Positions 1 to 8,900 of a stretch of DNA of 64,000 nt are shown here, one piece after another. The translations under genes were made by a program, and so were the position numbers. Each line of letters opens with the position of its first letter. The first letter of the stretch is position 1. The DNA comes from a virus. The notes beneath the pieces are model-generated. The model was not told the origin of the DNA. It saw nothing but the letters and a program-made list of their open reading frames with translations, and did not search any database. The stretch is taken from IMG/VR virus record IMGVR_UViG_3300045988_120652, one strand, 5' to 3'.

Positions 1-113
1 TATCCATTTTTGAGTTGTCAGAACAGCGTGAACTGCGCTTGCTCCAACTTGATGCGCTTACAAGCCTTGTCGTAATACTCCTTGTTGAGCTCGAAGCCGA
101 TGAAGTTGCGCTT
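1..113. repeat. Inverted-repeat arm, partner 39979..40091
   Basis: The reverse complement of 39979-40091 matches 1-113 with only a few mismatches. It covers the last ~30 codons plus 17 nt of 3' flank of both beta-class MTase genes. The repeat reaches the window edge, so it may extend further left. Confidence 0.85.
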
Positions 114-920
114 GGTCTGTACGCAGCCTACCTGCGTTGTTCCCACTCCCGAAAACGGGTCTAAGACAATATCACCTTCGTTACTGCTGGCTTTTATCAG
201 TCTACGGATTAGCTTTAACGGCTTTTGAGTGGGATGGATATGTTTTTCTTCATAAAAGTTAATATCAGACCACACGTCAGTAACTCCTATTTGCGGATTG
301 AATGTCTGAGCGACTTTTTCATACGGACAATCAAAGGAGAGTACATGGGAAAGTTTGTCCCAGAGCTCCTTCGTAGGAAATTGCTCACATACGTTATTGC
401 CGGTGTAAATACTCCACATGCCACCGCCATTAGACTTAACCCCCAACGCTTCATTGATTTGCTTGGCAGTCAGTCCTAATGCTTCTTGGCGTTCTTTGAG
501 GAATGGCTTTACAAATTTCTTGTTGTCTTTGATTATAAAGAGTACGCTTTCCGTTACGTTAGGAAACATCTTGTATCTTCGTGTAGCCCGTCCGCTTACG
601 ACACGCATACCCTTATCAATAACAATTTGCTGTCTTAATTCAAGTCCAAGTGATTCAAGGTAAGGAATGAGCAAGACTAAGATTCTGAAATAACCAAAGC
701 AGTAGAATGTTCCACCTATACGCAAAACTCGCGCAACCTCCTTCATCCATTTAATGCACCATTCCACATAATCGCTCTCAGTTCTCCATTGATAATCCCA
801 TTGCTCGTCAATTACTTTCCAGTAAGGAGGGTCTGCAACCGCAAGGCCTATGGAATTATCTTGAATGGCTTTCATCCCTTCCAGGCAGTCTTCATTATAT
901 ATCTTATTCAGTTCTATCAT
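18..920 (-). CDS. DNA methyltransferase, beta-class amino-MTase (N6-adenine or N4-cytosine)
   Basis: 300-aa ORF. Motif IV (VADPPYW) lies near the N-terminus and SAM motif I (DPFSGVGTT) near the C-terminus. Confidence 0.85.
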   Translation of the reverse strand: MIELNKIYNEDCLEGMKAIQDNSIGLAVADPPYWKVIDEQWDYQWRTESDYVEWCIKWMKEVARVLRIGGTFYCFGYFRILVLLIPYLESLGLELRQQIVIDKGMRVVSGRATRRYKMFPNVTESVLFIIKDNKKFVKPFLKERQEALGLTAKQINEALGVKSNGGGMWSIYTGNNVCEQFPTKELWDKLSHVLSFDCPYEKVAQTFNPQIGVTDVWSDINFYEEKHIHPTQKPLKLIRRLIKASSNEGDIVLDPFSGVGTTQVGCVQTKRNFIGFELNKEYYDKACKRIKLEQAQFTLF

Positions 921-926
921 TCTCTA
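871..926. repeat. Inverted-repeat arm, partner 39297..39352
   Basis: About 56 nt, including a 45-nt identical core (aggcagtcttcattatatatcttattcagttctatcattctctat). It covers the start codon region and the first 17 codons (MIELNKIYNEDCLEGMK) of both MTase genes. Confidence 0.85.
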
Positions 927-939
927 TTGTTTTTTTCTA

Positions 940-1533
940 TCAGTTAAACCATTTTACGGTTGTCTCGCCCTCATATCCTTTCTCCCACACGAACCAGGCG
1001 TAAGCCGCAGCGCTGCCGCCGTACTTGTCGAAGTCGCCATTCATAGCGCATTTCAGTCTTGACGAGCTTACCCAAACACGAATGGGGGGGGTAGAACGGA
1101 AGAGAGCGCGTCGAGCCTTGCCTTCGAGGAAAGTCAGCTTCAGGAACATCGCCACCTTCTTTCCTTCGGGGATGATGCTCAGAGCCTTTTCCACAAACAG
1201 CAGCGCATATTTGTAGGGAGGATTGGTAACGATGTTGCCGTCCCATTCCATATTGTCAATAGAGAGAAAGTCGGCCACCTCGCCGTAACCTCTATCTACA
1301 AGGTCGCGGCTCACCACCTCATACCCTGCTGTCTCCAACACTCTACTCATGTGTCCCTCGCCACACGACGGCTCAAGAATCCTGCCCTCAAACCGCTCCA
1401 GCTTGCACAGCCATTCCGTCGCCTTCGGCTCAGTGGCATAGTAATCCTCACGCTGCCTGTCCCCATCAGCATGATTACTCGCGCCTAATGTCTTGAACAC
1501 CGCAGCCGAGCCACCCACCCAGTCTTTAGCCAT
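940..1533 (-). CDS. N6-adenine DNA methyltransferase (NPPY type)
   Basis: ORF 940..1572. The SAM-binding-like ILEPSCGEGHM precedes TNPPYKY. The start is placed at MAKDW because that ATG overlaps the upstream stop by 8 nt. An in-frame G8 run lies at 1084-1091. Confidence 0.75.
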   Translation of the reverse strand: MAKDWVGGSAAVFKTLGASNHADGDRQREDYYATEPKATEWLCKLERFEGRILEPSCGEGHMSRVLETAGYEVVSRDLVDRGYGEVADFLSIDNMEWDGNIVTNPPYKYALLFVEKALSIIPEGKKVAMFLKLTFLEGKARRALFRSTPPIRVWVSSSRLKCAMNGDFDKYGGSAAAYAWFVWEKGYEGETTVKWFN

Positions 1534-1753
1534 TGTCAGTCTCCTTTCCTTGAAGTTCGCACAACGTGACATATTCGTTTTGCTGAGTAAACGGATCTTC
1601 CTCGGTAATCATAAAGTTGGTTTTCCTCTCCTTAAAGCCGAGAGCGTCGAGCATTTCATAAATATCCTCGTTCTGCATACCCTTTGTCACATCCTCCGTA
1701 TCATTGATGATGGAGACCGTTCCGCGACTGTAATCTAAGATTGATATATACAT
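1526..1753 (-). CDS. Hypothetical small protein (75 aa)
   Basis: Internal Met (MYISILDY...) of ORF 1526..1846. This start sits 15 nt after the end of the frame-Z tail of the upstream gene, so the operon packs tightly. Confidence 0.5.
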   Translation of the reverse strand: MYISILDYSRGTVSIINDTEDVTKGMQNEDIYEMLDALGFKERKTNFMITEEDPFTQQNEYVTLCELQGKETDNG

Positions 1754-1952
1754 AGTGTTTTGTGTTTTTAAAAATCGCCCAAATCCAGTTTCATCTGCTT
1801 GAACTTCTCGACATACCATTGTTTGTATGATTTGCCCGAAATCCACCAGTCGTAGATATTTTCCGCTATTTCGTTTTCTTGCTCCTCTGTCAAGCGGTCA
1901 GAAGAGGAGTTGGAAAACCCTGGCGCTGTGAGATTCCATACACCTCTGTTTC

Positions 1953-3041
1953 TTATCCCCAGTTGTCGTTGGTTCGTATCCATTGTTTGCAGATGCGGAA
2001 TGTCGGCATAGCTGCTCCTCGTATTCTTGAGATTTCTCCCCCCCCCCAGTCCGACTGTTTGTAGAATCGTGCCGCGTCCAGTGTCCCGGGTCTGGATTTT
2101 TGATGTAGTCGCCTGTGTCCTGAGCAATCCTCTGACGTTTCTGAGAGGCATCCAGTCCTTGCGGATGTTCCACCAGATATATTCTCTTTTGAATACCCCC
2201 CGTTTCGGATAGCCTTGATAGCCCTTATCCAGTTGCGCTTGATATGCGGATAGCGTTCATTCTCGATGCGCTTCTGCTTTGCAGACGACATAGGGCAGCC
2301 GATGCAGCCTATGCGATGCCTGCCTTCGTCGTAGAGCGAGCAATGAGGGACCTTCACCACATCATTAAGAAACTCCCATACGTCTTGCTCGGTCCAATAG
2401 ATGATGGGTGAAATCAAAAGACTCTCTTTGCCGTGTATGCAACCTAACGTCTGTTCTTTATCAGCGTTAGTGATATTCACGCCCTGCTCTTTAGATTTAC
2501 GGCGAGCACGTTTTGCCCTCTGCTCCTGTCGGTATTCGTCCAACCCGTCGAGGTCGCCGCTAAACTTTCGGTTGTTTATCTCCACCTCATTGCGCTTTGC
2601 TCGGCGCGTGCTTTCTGCCTTGCGAATACCAATTAGCGTGACCTTGCCGGCACCTGCCGTTTCCTTGTATTCCTTGCAACACCAACGCACACGCTTTGTT
2701 GGCAAAATTTGCTTCTCAACAGCGTGCTGGAAAATTGATTTGCCAGGCTTTATAAGTTCCACTTCGGGATAGTTCTTCTTTACGAAGCGTATCACTTCGG
2801 GAGGGTCAACGCTCGTAAGGTTCATGTGACTCTGGAACCTCACTCCCGCCAACTGCGTCATGTGGTAAAGAGCCTGAGAGTCCTTGCCACCACTAAATGC
2901 CAGGTAATAACCTTGCTCTGCATCATAGTTGAGAGCAATCGTTTCCGCCTTCTGCAACAGTTCCACCGAGTGAAGCATCTGCTTCCGCAATCGTGCCGAA
3001 GCTCGTTCTAATGCTTCAGCAAGTGTAATGTCTATATTCAT
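1953..3041 (-). CDS. PAPS-reductase-family protein (3'-phosphoadenosine 5'-phosphosulfate sulfotransferase-like ATP-PPase fold), apparently frame-disrupted near its C-terminus
   Basis: N-terminal P-loop-like YLAFSGGKDSQALYHM. After the coding-strand G10 run (2038-2047) the protein-like sequence continues in another frame (ORF 1768..2151, ending ...LTEEQENEIAENIYDWWISGKSYKQWYVEKFKQMKLDLGDF). Confidence 0.7.
   Translation of the reverse strand: MNIDITLAEALERASARLRKQMLHSVELLQKAETIALNYDAEQGYYLAFSGGKDSQALYHMTQLAGVRFQSHMNLTSVDPPEVIRFVKKNYPEVELIKPGKSIFQHAVEKQILPTKRVRWCCKEYKETAGAGKVTLIGIRKAESTRRAKRNEVEINNRKFSGDLDGLDEYRQEQRAKRARRKSKEQGVNITNADKEQTLGCIHGKESLLISPIIYWTEQDVWEFLNDVVKVPHCSLYDEGRHRIGCIGCPMSSAKQKRIENERYPHIKRNWIRAIKAIRNGGYSKENISGGTSARTGCLSETSEDCSGHRRLHQKSRPGTLDAARFYKQSDWGGGEISRIRGAAMPTFRICKQWIRTNDNWG
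2038..2047. repeat. C10 (G10 on the coding strand) homopolymer inside the PAPS-reductase-like gene
   Basis: Counted directly. G11 would join frame X (1953..3041) to frame Z (ends at 1768), giving one 424-aa product. Confidence 0.9.
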
Positions 3042-3053
3042 AAATTGATTAAA

Positions 3054-3818
3054 CTAACTATTGGATTCTTCACTCTTCGTTCTTCCCTCTTCACTTTCCG
3101 TTTCCATATATTCGAAGTAATCTGGCTCCTCCGGTTTTCCTTCACTCAGCAGTTCCTCGTCCTCTATCTCCTGCAGGTTTTTTGTAGTAAGACCATACTT
3201 GCGGGCCATGCGCAGCTTCTCCTCCTCGGTGTAGTTGATGCGATCGCGCTTCACGATGCTCACGTCCTGCGTGATGGCAATGCGGCTCATATCCGGCATC
3301 TCGTCTGTAGCGTCCTTCTCCTCCTGGAAGTTGCCATACACATTAGCTAAGGCTTGCATACCCTTGTCCACTGCACGGTCGTTGTTCTGCTGTTTACCCG
3401 TGCGTATCAACCACTCGGCACTGCTCAGATACATAGCCTTATGGCGCGGGCTCTCGTCGGTCTGAAAGAAACGTATAAGATGGTTGCACACCAACACGTC
3501 GTTGTTGAGCTCCGTGACAGTACGCGGACAGATGTTACCCTCGTCGTCGAGCGTAATCTTCAGCGCAAGCACATACTCCTGCGCCTCCTTGTTGCCCTGC
3601 GCAGCCTGGTTGAAAAACATTTCATAGTCGCGCCGGGCGATATTGCGGCACACCGTCCGTGGGTCGATGTCCTTGTTTTGCACCCATCGTTTGTAAAACT
3701 CCGAGCATATCTGCATACGGTAGCGTTGCTCCAGCTTGGGGAACGCCGTCTGCATACTCGTGCCGTAGGAGAGCCACTTGTCGATGCGGGCTAATGTGTT
3801 TTGCGTAATTCCTGACAT
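3054..3818 (-). CDS. Hypothetical protein, first gene of the minus-strand operon
   Basis: 254-aa ORF with an acidic C-terminus and no motif I recognise. Confidence 0.6.
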   Translation of the reverse strand: MSGITQNTLARIDKWLSYGTSMQTAFPKLEQRYRMQICSEFYKRWVQNKDIDPRTVCRNIARRDYEMFFNQAAQGNKEAQEYVLALKITLDDEGNICPRTVTELNNDVLVCNHLIRFFQTDESPRHKAMYLSSAEWLIRTGKQQNNDRAVDKGMQALANVYGNFQEEKDATDEMPDMSRIAITQDVSIVKRDRINYTEEEKLRMARKYGLTTKNLQEIEDEELLSEGKPEEPDYFEYMETESEEGRTKSEESNS

Positions 3819-3866
3819 AGTTTTGTGTTTTTTATATAGCCAAAGTTACAATATTCCCCGTACCCC

Positions 3867-4017
3867 GTGCGGACATGAGTTTAAGTGAAGAGTGAAAAGT
3901 GAAGAGTGAAAAATCCAATAGTTAAGTGAAGAGTGAAAAGTGAAGAGAACACATGGATTCTTCACTCTTCGTTCTTCACTCTTCGTTTTTTACTCTTCCC
4001 TTAAACCCATGTCCGCA
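3867..4017. promoter_or_regulatory. Large imperfect palindrome with GTGAAGA/GTGAAAA heptad repeats in the divergent intergenic region
   Basis: The left arm gcggacatgagtttaagtgaagagtgaaaagtgaagagtgaa pairs with the right arm ttcactcttcgttcttcactcttcg...cttaaacccatgtccgc. It lies between the divergent starts at 3818 and 4089. Confidence 0.6.
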
Positions 4018-4088
4018 TTGCGGAGCAGTTTATCAGTAACTTTGTTGTAGAAAATTCAGGATAACAACACAAAAACAACAACACAACT

Positions 4089-4613
4089 ATGCAGAACCCT
4101 TTTTATGTTTCGCGAGCCATTGCCGCAGTGCTCGGCTTGCTCTGGTGTCTCATTGAGCCATCAATCAATTTCATCACGGTGTGCTTTTTCGCCCTAATCA
4201 TCGACTGCTACACCGCCTGGCGTTGCAACCGTCGTATATACGCCAAGTATCGAGAGGAGATAAAACGCAACCCGAAGTGCAAGATGGACGGGAAGTTAAA
4301 ATCCAAGAAGATGGCGAAAATGTTGAAGATGTTTTCAGGCCTCGTTTTGTGTATAGCACTTGCTTCATATCTCGACCGTCACGTTCTGAATTACATGAAC
4401 ACCCACCTCGCTAATCAACTCACCGCCATATTCTGCCTGGTGCAGTTTGTCAGCATACTCGAAAATGAGAGCACATGCAACGGAGCGGCTTGGGCAAGAG
4501 TGCTTCAAAAGATTGTGGCAGACAAGACCGAGCGACACTTCAACGTGAAGCTGAAAGAGCTGATGAAGGATAAGGAGGAGAAGGAAGCTTCGGAGGAAAC
4601 AGCGAAAGAGTAA
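4089..4613 (+). CDS. Holin-like membrane protein (phage_holin_4_1-like)
   Basis: Contains TM segments. LIIDCYTAW and QFVSILENES resemble the D..TG..KA and SILEN signatures of the LL-H/toxin-secretion holin family. Confidence 0.5.
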   Translation: MQNPFYVSRAIAAVLGLLWCLIEPSINFITVCFFALIIDCYTAWRCNRRIYAKYREEIKRNPKCKMDGKLKSKKMAKMLKMFSGLVLCIALASYLDRHVLNYMNTHLANQLTAIFCLVQFVSILENESTCNGAAWARVLQKIVADKTERHFNVKLKELMKDKEEKEASEETAKE

Positions 4614-4615
4614 AC

Positions 4616-4734
4616 AACTACAGAGGACACTGAGAACACAGATGTATTCATTGATAAGAACATCTGCCTCCCTTGTTTTCCATAAACATCTACATGAGCA
4701 AAAAAGATCTGTGCTCTCTGTGTCCTCTGTAGTT
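4616..4734. terminator. Long hairpin of the AACTACAGAGGAC family, followed by a T-run
   Basis: The arms aactacagaggacactgagaacacagat and atctgtgctctctgtgtcctctgtagtt are complementary with 2 mismatches, followed by tttttt. Confidence 0.6.
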
Positions 4735-4758
4735 TTTTAATATAAAATCAGCAGTACT

Positions 4759-5352
4759 ATGACAATAAGCAATATTCTTGAGCATTGGGCTTCCATCTAC
4801 AAGCCCCTATCTCATAACCCCGAAAGCGAACGCCTCGAAGACCAAAGTTTCTTCCGCATCCGCTACATTGACCTTGAGAACATCTTTTCTCGTAACGCCA
4901 ACATCGTTCACTCGCCGTGTATGCTATACAGCGTACTGATCACCGGCGAACTCGTTGACGCAAAGAAGGCATCTGTCTCTCACCAGGTGTGGTTTCTCGC
5001 CAAAGTGAAGGACACGCCGCAGACCCTTGGCCGTTACGACGGCAACAAGATAGAGCGCACGGCCAACGACCTCACCGACTACTGCAAGGACCTCATAGCC
5101 TGGCTTCTTGAGGTGAAGCGCACAGGTCGCTGTCCCGTCACAAAGCGCAGCTTTGCCGATGATGCCGTGGTGATGGCAGAGCTGCAAAGCATCGACACCA
5201 GTTCCATCTCCTTCGGCATGGTGGGCGACATCTATGCCGGACAATGGCTCGTGGTGGGCATGGACTGGAAGAGCCTGCAACCGCTATACAACTTCGCATG
5301 TGGCAGCAACGGCAAGTATATCGTGCCGAAAGAGGATGACGTAAAAGGATAG
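4759..5352 (+). CDS. Hypothetical protein
   Basis: 197-aa ORF upstream of the tape measure gene. A tail-assembly-chaperone role is possible from position only. Confidence 0.55.
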   Translation: MTISNILEHWASIYKPLSHNPESERLEDQSFFRIRYIDLENIFSRNANIVHSPCMLYSVLITGELVDAKKASVSHQVWFLAKVKDTPQTLGRYDGNKIERTANDLTDYCKDLIAWLLEVKRTGRCPVTKRSFADDAVVMAELQSIDTSSISFGMVGDIYAGQWLVVGMDWKSLQPLYNFACGSNGKYIVPKEDDVKG

Positions 5353-5363
5353 GAGGGTAGGGC

Positions 5364-5891
5364 ATGGCAAAAGCTATTCAGTCGCCCGCCTTCGATTTTC
5401 AGGACACTGCACGATGGTATCTTGGCGACGTGTTGCGTCAGCTCAAGATAAATACCGAGACACAATGTATTTACCCGAGGGAAATCTATAGCGGATTCAG
5501 AGCCGTCAATGCAGCTCGTGCGGCACGCGGACAATGGCACGCCGAAGGTGAGGGCGTTAATTCGTTCCAGGGCAGAATCGTCAATTCCACCCCCGAAGGA
5601 TGGACGTATGAGTTCACCTATAACGACTATATGCGTTTCGTCGATATGGGTGTGGGTCTTGGCACTAAGTATAACGACGTAGACAGTGCACGCAAGGCCC
5701 ATTACGCCAGACGCTACGTTAAATCATGGAAACGATATGGAGCAGGCCGCTCTCAACGTCCTGCCATTATGATGGAGCTTCGCCATCTGAAAACGCGAAT
5801 GCAAAACTATCTCGTTGACTTCTACGGATTCCAGGGTGAAGCACAGATAATTAAGGCTTTCGAGGATTCGGATATTCATATCACACTCTAA
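5364..5891 (+). CDS. Hypothetical protein
   Basis: 175-aa ORF immediately upstream of the tape measure gene. Confidence 0.55.
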   Translation: MAKAIQSPAFDFQDTARWYLGDVLRQLKINTETQCIYPREIYSGFRAVNAARAARGQWHAEGEGVNSFQGRIVNSTPEGWTYEFTYNDYMRFVDMGVGLGTKYNDVDSARKAHYARRYVKSWKRYGAGRSQRPAIMMELRHLKTRMQNYLVDFYGFQGEAQIIKAFEDSDIHITL

Positions 5892-5911
5892 CAACACAAA
5901 ACAGTAAAACA

Positions 5912-8900
5912 ATGGCAACACAAAAATTAGCAAAAGTAGTAATCACGGCCAATGCCTCTACAGCCAAGAAGGTATTGGAAGAGATTGACGCTCTTGTGCA
6001 GAAATATACTGCCGACATTCAGAAGATGACTGCCGCAGGACAGGCTAATACGGCTGAATGCAAGCAAGCAGAACGCACGCTAAAGGCTCTCTCGCAAGTA
6101 CAGCGTGACAATATCGAGGACACGAAGCGATTGGGCGAGGTGGTGCAAGACCTTGCCAATACTAAACTGCGTGATCTTCGCCGTGCTATGGGTTCGGGCA
6201 AGTCGGCTCTCGCAGGTCTTACTGGCTCGGATGCCGACCTAAAGAGGGCAGAGCAGATACGAAGCGAGATGAAGCAGGTGGGCGACCAAATGCGCCTTAT
6301 CGAAGGTCAATACGTCAAGATTGCCGACGGACTAAAGAACGTTTCCAATCAGTCAGACCAGTGGCTCGACAAGGCTATCAAGCAACAGCGCGACCTTGTT
6401 GGTTCATTGGAGAAATCGGATGCCGGTTATCAGAAGAACCTCTCTATACTGAAGCAGCTGGAAGCTGAGGAGGATAGACGCAAGGGCAAGATGGGCATTG
6501 TGGAAGCTCGTCAGACCGTAACCAGTCAAAACGCTTCGGCATCCGATTTGCGCCGAGCCAAGACCACGCTTACTGAGGCTCGTGACAATACTCCTACAGC
6601 AAATACTGGCGACATTGCGCAATACAACAAAGAGCTCCAGGAGATAGAGAAGCGGCTGGAGGCTGTGTCGGGTAAGACTCAGAAAGCATCAATGAGCTGG
6701 AAGCAGATGAAGCAGGTATTGGCTGAGCCTAACAAGGCTTCGGGCGAAGACATCAAGCGCACGATGGAAGTGATACAGCAGAAGATACAGCAACTTCCTG
6801 CTGGCAGCAAGTATGTGGCTGACCTCCGTCGCCAATACTCGATGCTTGAACAGACTCTCAAGGGTACCCGTATGTCGCAGAGCGCTCTCAACGACATTCT
6901 CGCCCGTAGCAAGCAAGGCAAGGCTTCCCTCGATGAACTGCGTCGTGCCTACAAACAGCTTGAAGAGGAACTGAACCAAATCAATACCAAGAGCAAGGAG
7001 TTTGCTGATAGACAGAAGTCTATGAAGGAGCTAAAGAAGAACATCGACGAGGTGACGGGCGCAGCCAACAAGCAGGGCGGAGCATGGCATACAGCCCTGA
7101 AGAACCTCACGGCATACGTTGGATTGTTTGCGATGTTCAACAAGGCGAAAGACCTTGTGACGGGTGCCATCAAGAAGAACTTGGAGTATTCAGGTTCGTT
7201 GACCGACATCCGTAAGGTTTCTGGCTTGACGATGGAGCAGGTAAAGCAACTATCTACTGAGTTGGCCAAAATAGACACCAGAACAAGCGTGGATGGACTG
7301 GCACAGCTCGCGTATGAGGCATCTAAGCTCGGCGTAGGAAAGTACGGAGTGGAAGGTATGGCTCAATTTGTAAGAGCCGCCGATAAAATTAACGTAGCAA
7401 TCGGCGAGGAAATGGGAGAAAAGGCCCTCCCCTCATTGCTGAAGATGACGGAAGTGTTAGGTCTTATTCCGAAGATGGGACTTGAGAAATCCATTGAAGC
7501 TGTAGGATCTTCCATGTTTAAGTTGGCTTCTACATCTACCGCAACGAGCAACGACATTACCGAGTTTGCAAAGCGATGTACGGGTGTGGCACGAACAGCC
7601 GGAATTACAACCGACCAGTTGCTTGCCCTTGGTAGTGCGTTCAGCGCACAGATGGCTTCGCCCGAAGTTGCAGCCACCGCCATGTCTAAGTTTATCGTGG
7701 CGTTGCAGAAGAACCATAACTTAATAGAAAAAGACCTTGCCATCCCTGCCGGAACCATCAATAGCATGTATCAGGCAGGTAACGCAATGGACGCTATTGT
7801 CCTTATCCTTGAGAAGATGAAGGAGAAGGGTAATATGAACGCCCTTGGCGAAATTTTCAAAGACGTAGGCGGCGACGGTCAACGACTCATTTCTTCTATG
7901 GTTACTATGGCAAAGAACGTGGATATGCTGAAAGACCATCTCTACGAGTCACAAGAAGCCTTCAGGGAAGCCACCGCTGTAGGCAAGGAATACTCGATGC
8001 AGCAGATGAGCGCAATAGGCATTCTCGAACGTGCCAATAACCTTTGGGAGAAGGCTTTTGTCAATCCCGATGGCGTGGACGCGGTAAAGGGTATGGCAGA
8101 ATGGTGGTATGAGATGTCGAAGACCATGACAAGCAGTCCACTGCTGAAAGGTACGCTTCAAATCGCTCTGCAAATGGTATTATGGACATTGAAGGGTGTT
8201 GCAACATTACTACCAGTTATCATAGGCTACATGGCTTCGCAGGGTGTTTACTCCGGATTGAGACTTCTGTATCAGTATTTAGCGGCACTCGGTATGGCTG
8301 GAAAGGCCATGTTCCAATACGTAAGAGCTCTTTTCGCGGCTAACGCAGCGCAAAGCACGTTGAACAAAACGATGAAACTGAATCCGTGGATAGCCCTCGC
8401 GAGCATCATTATCGGTGTAGCAGGAGCTATATATGGATATACGCAACGGGCAAAGGAAGCGGCTGCGGCAGCAAAGGAAGCGCAGCGACAAGCTAACGCA
8501 TGGCGCGAAACTCTCGGACAGGCAGCGGTAGAAACGGAAAACTTAAAGGAAAAGCTCAAGAATTACAAGCGAATGATGGGCGAGGAGAACCTTTCGCAAA
8601 AGGAACGTCAAGGCCTTATATCGCGTTTCAACAGGGATTTCCGTTCGTACATCGACAACCTTGGCATTGAAATCAAAAATGTCAAGGATTTGCGCGACCA
8701 TTACTCTGAGTTGGCACAGGAGGCTGAAAAGGCTACTTACTACCGTATGCGTGAGCAAGCAAAGCAGCAGGCATTGCCTAAGTTGGACAATGACGTAAAC
8801 ACTGCGTCCAATGCGGTTATGGCGAATGTAGAGAAGTTAGGTTTGGATAAACTTGGCGTAAAGTTTGAGGATATATACCGGTGGGTAAAAGCAGGAATGA

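Noticed and set aside
4759-5891. A programmed -1 frameshift pair (gpG/gpGT-like tail assembly chaperones) upstream of the tape measure gene.
   Set aside because: The two ORFs are separated by 11 nt and do not overlap. I could not find a slippery heptamer with an extended overlapping frame.
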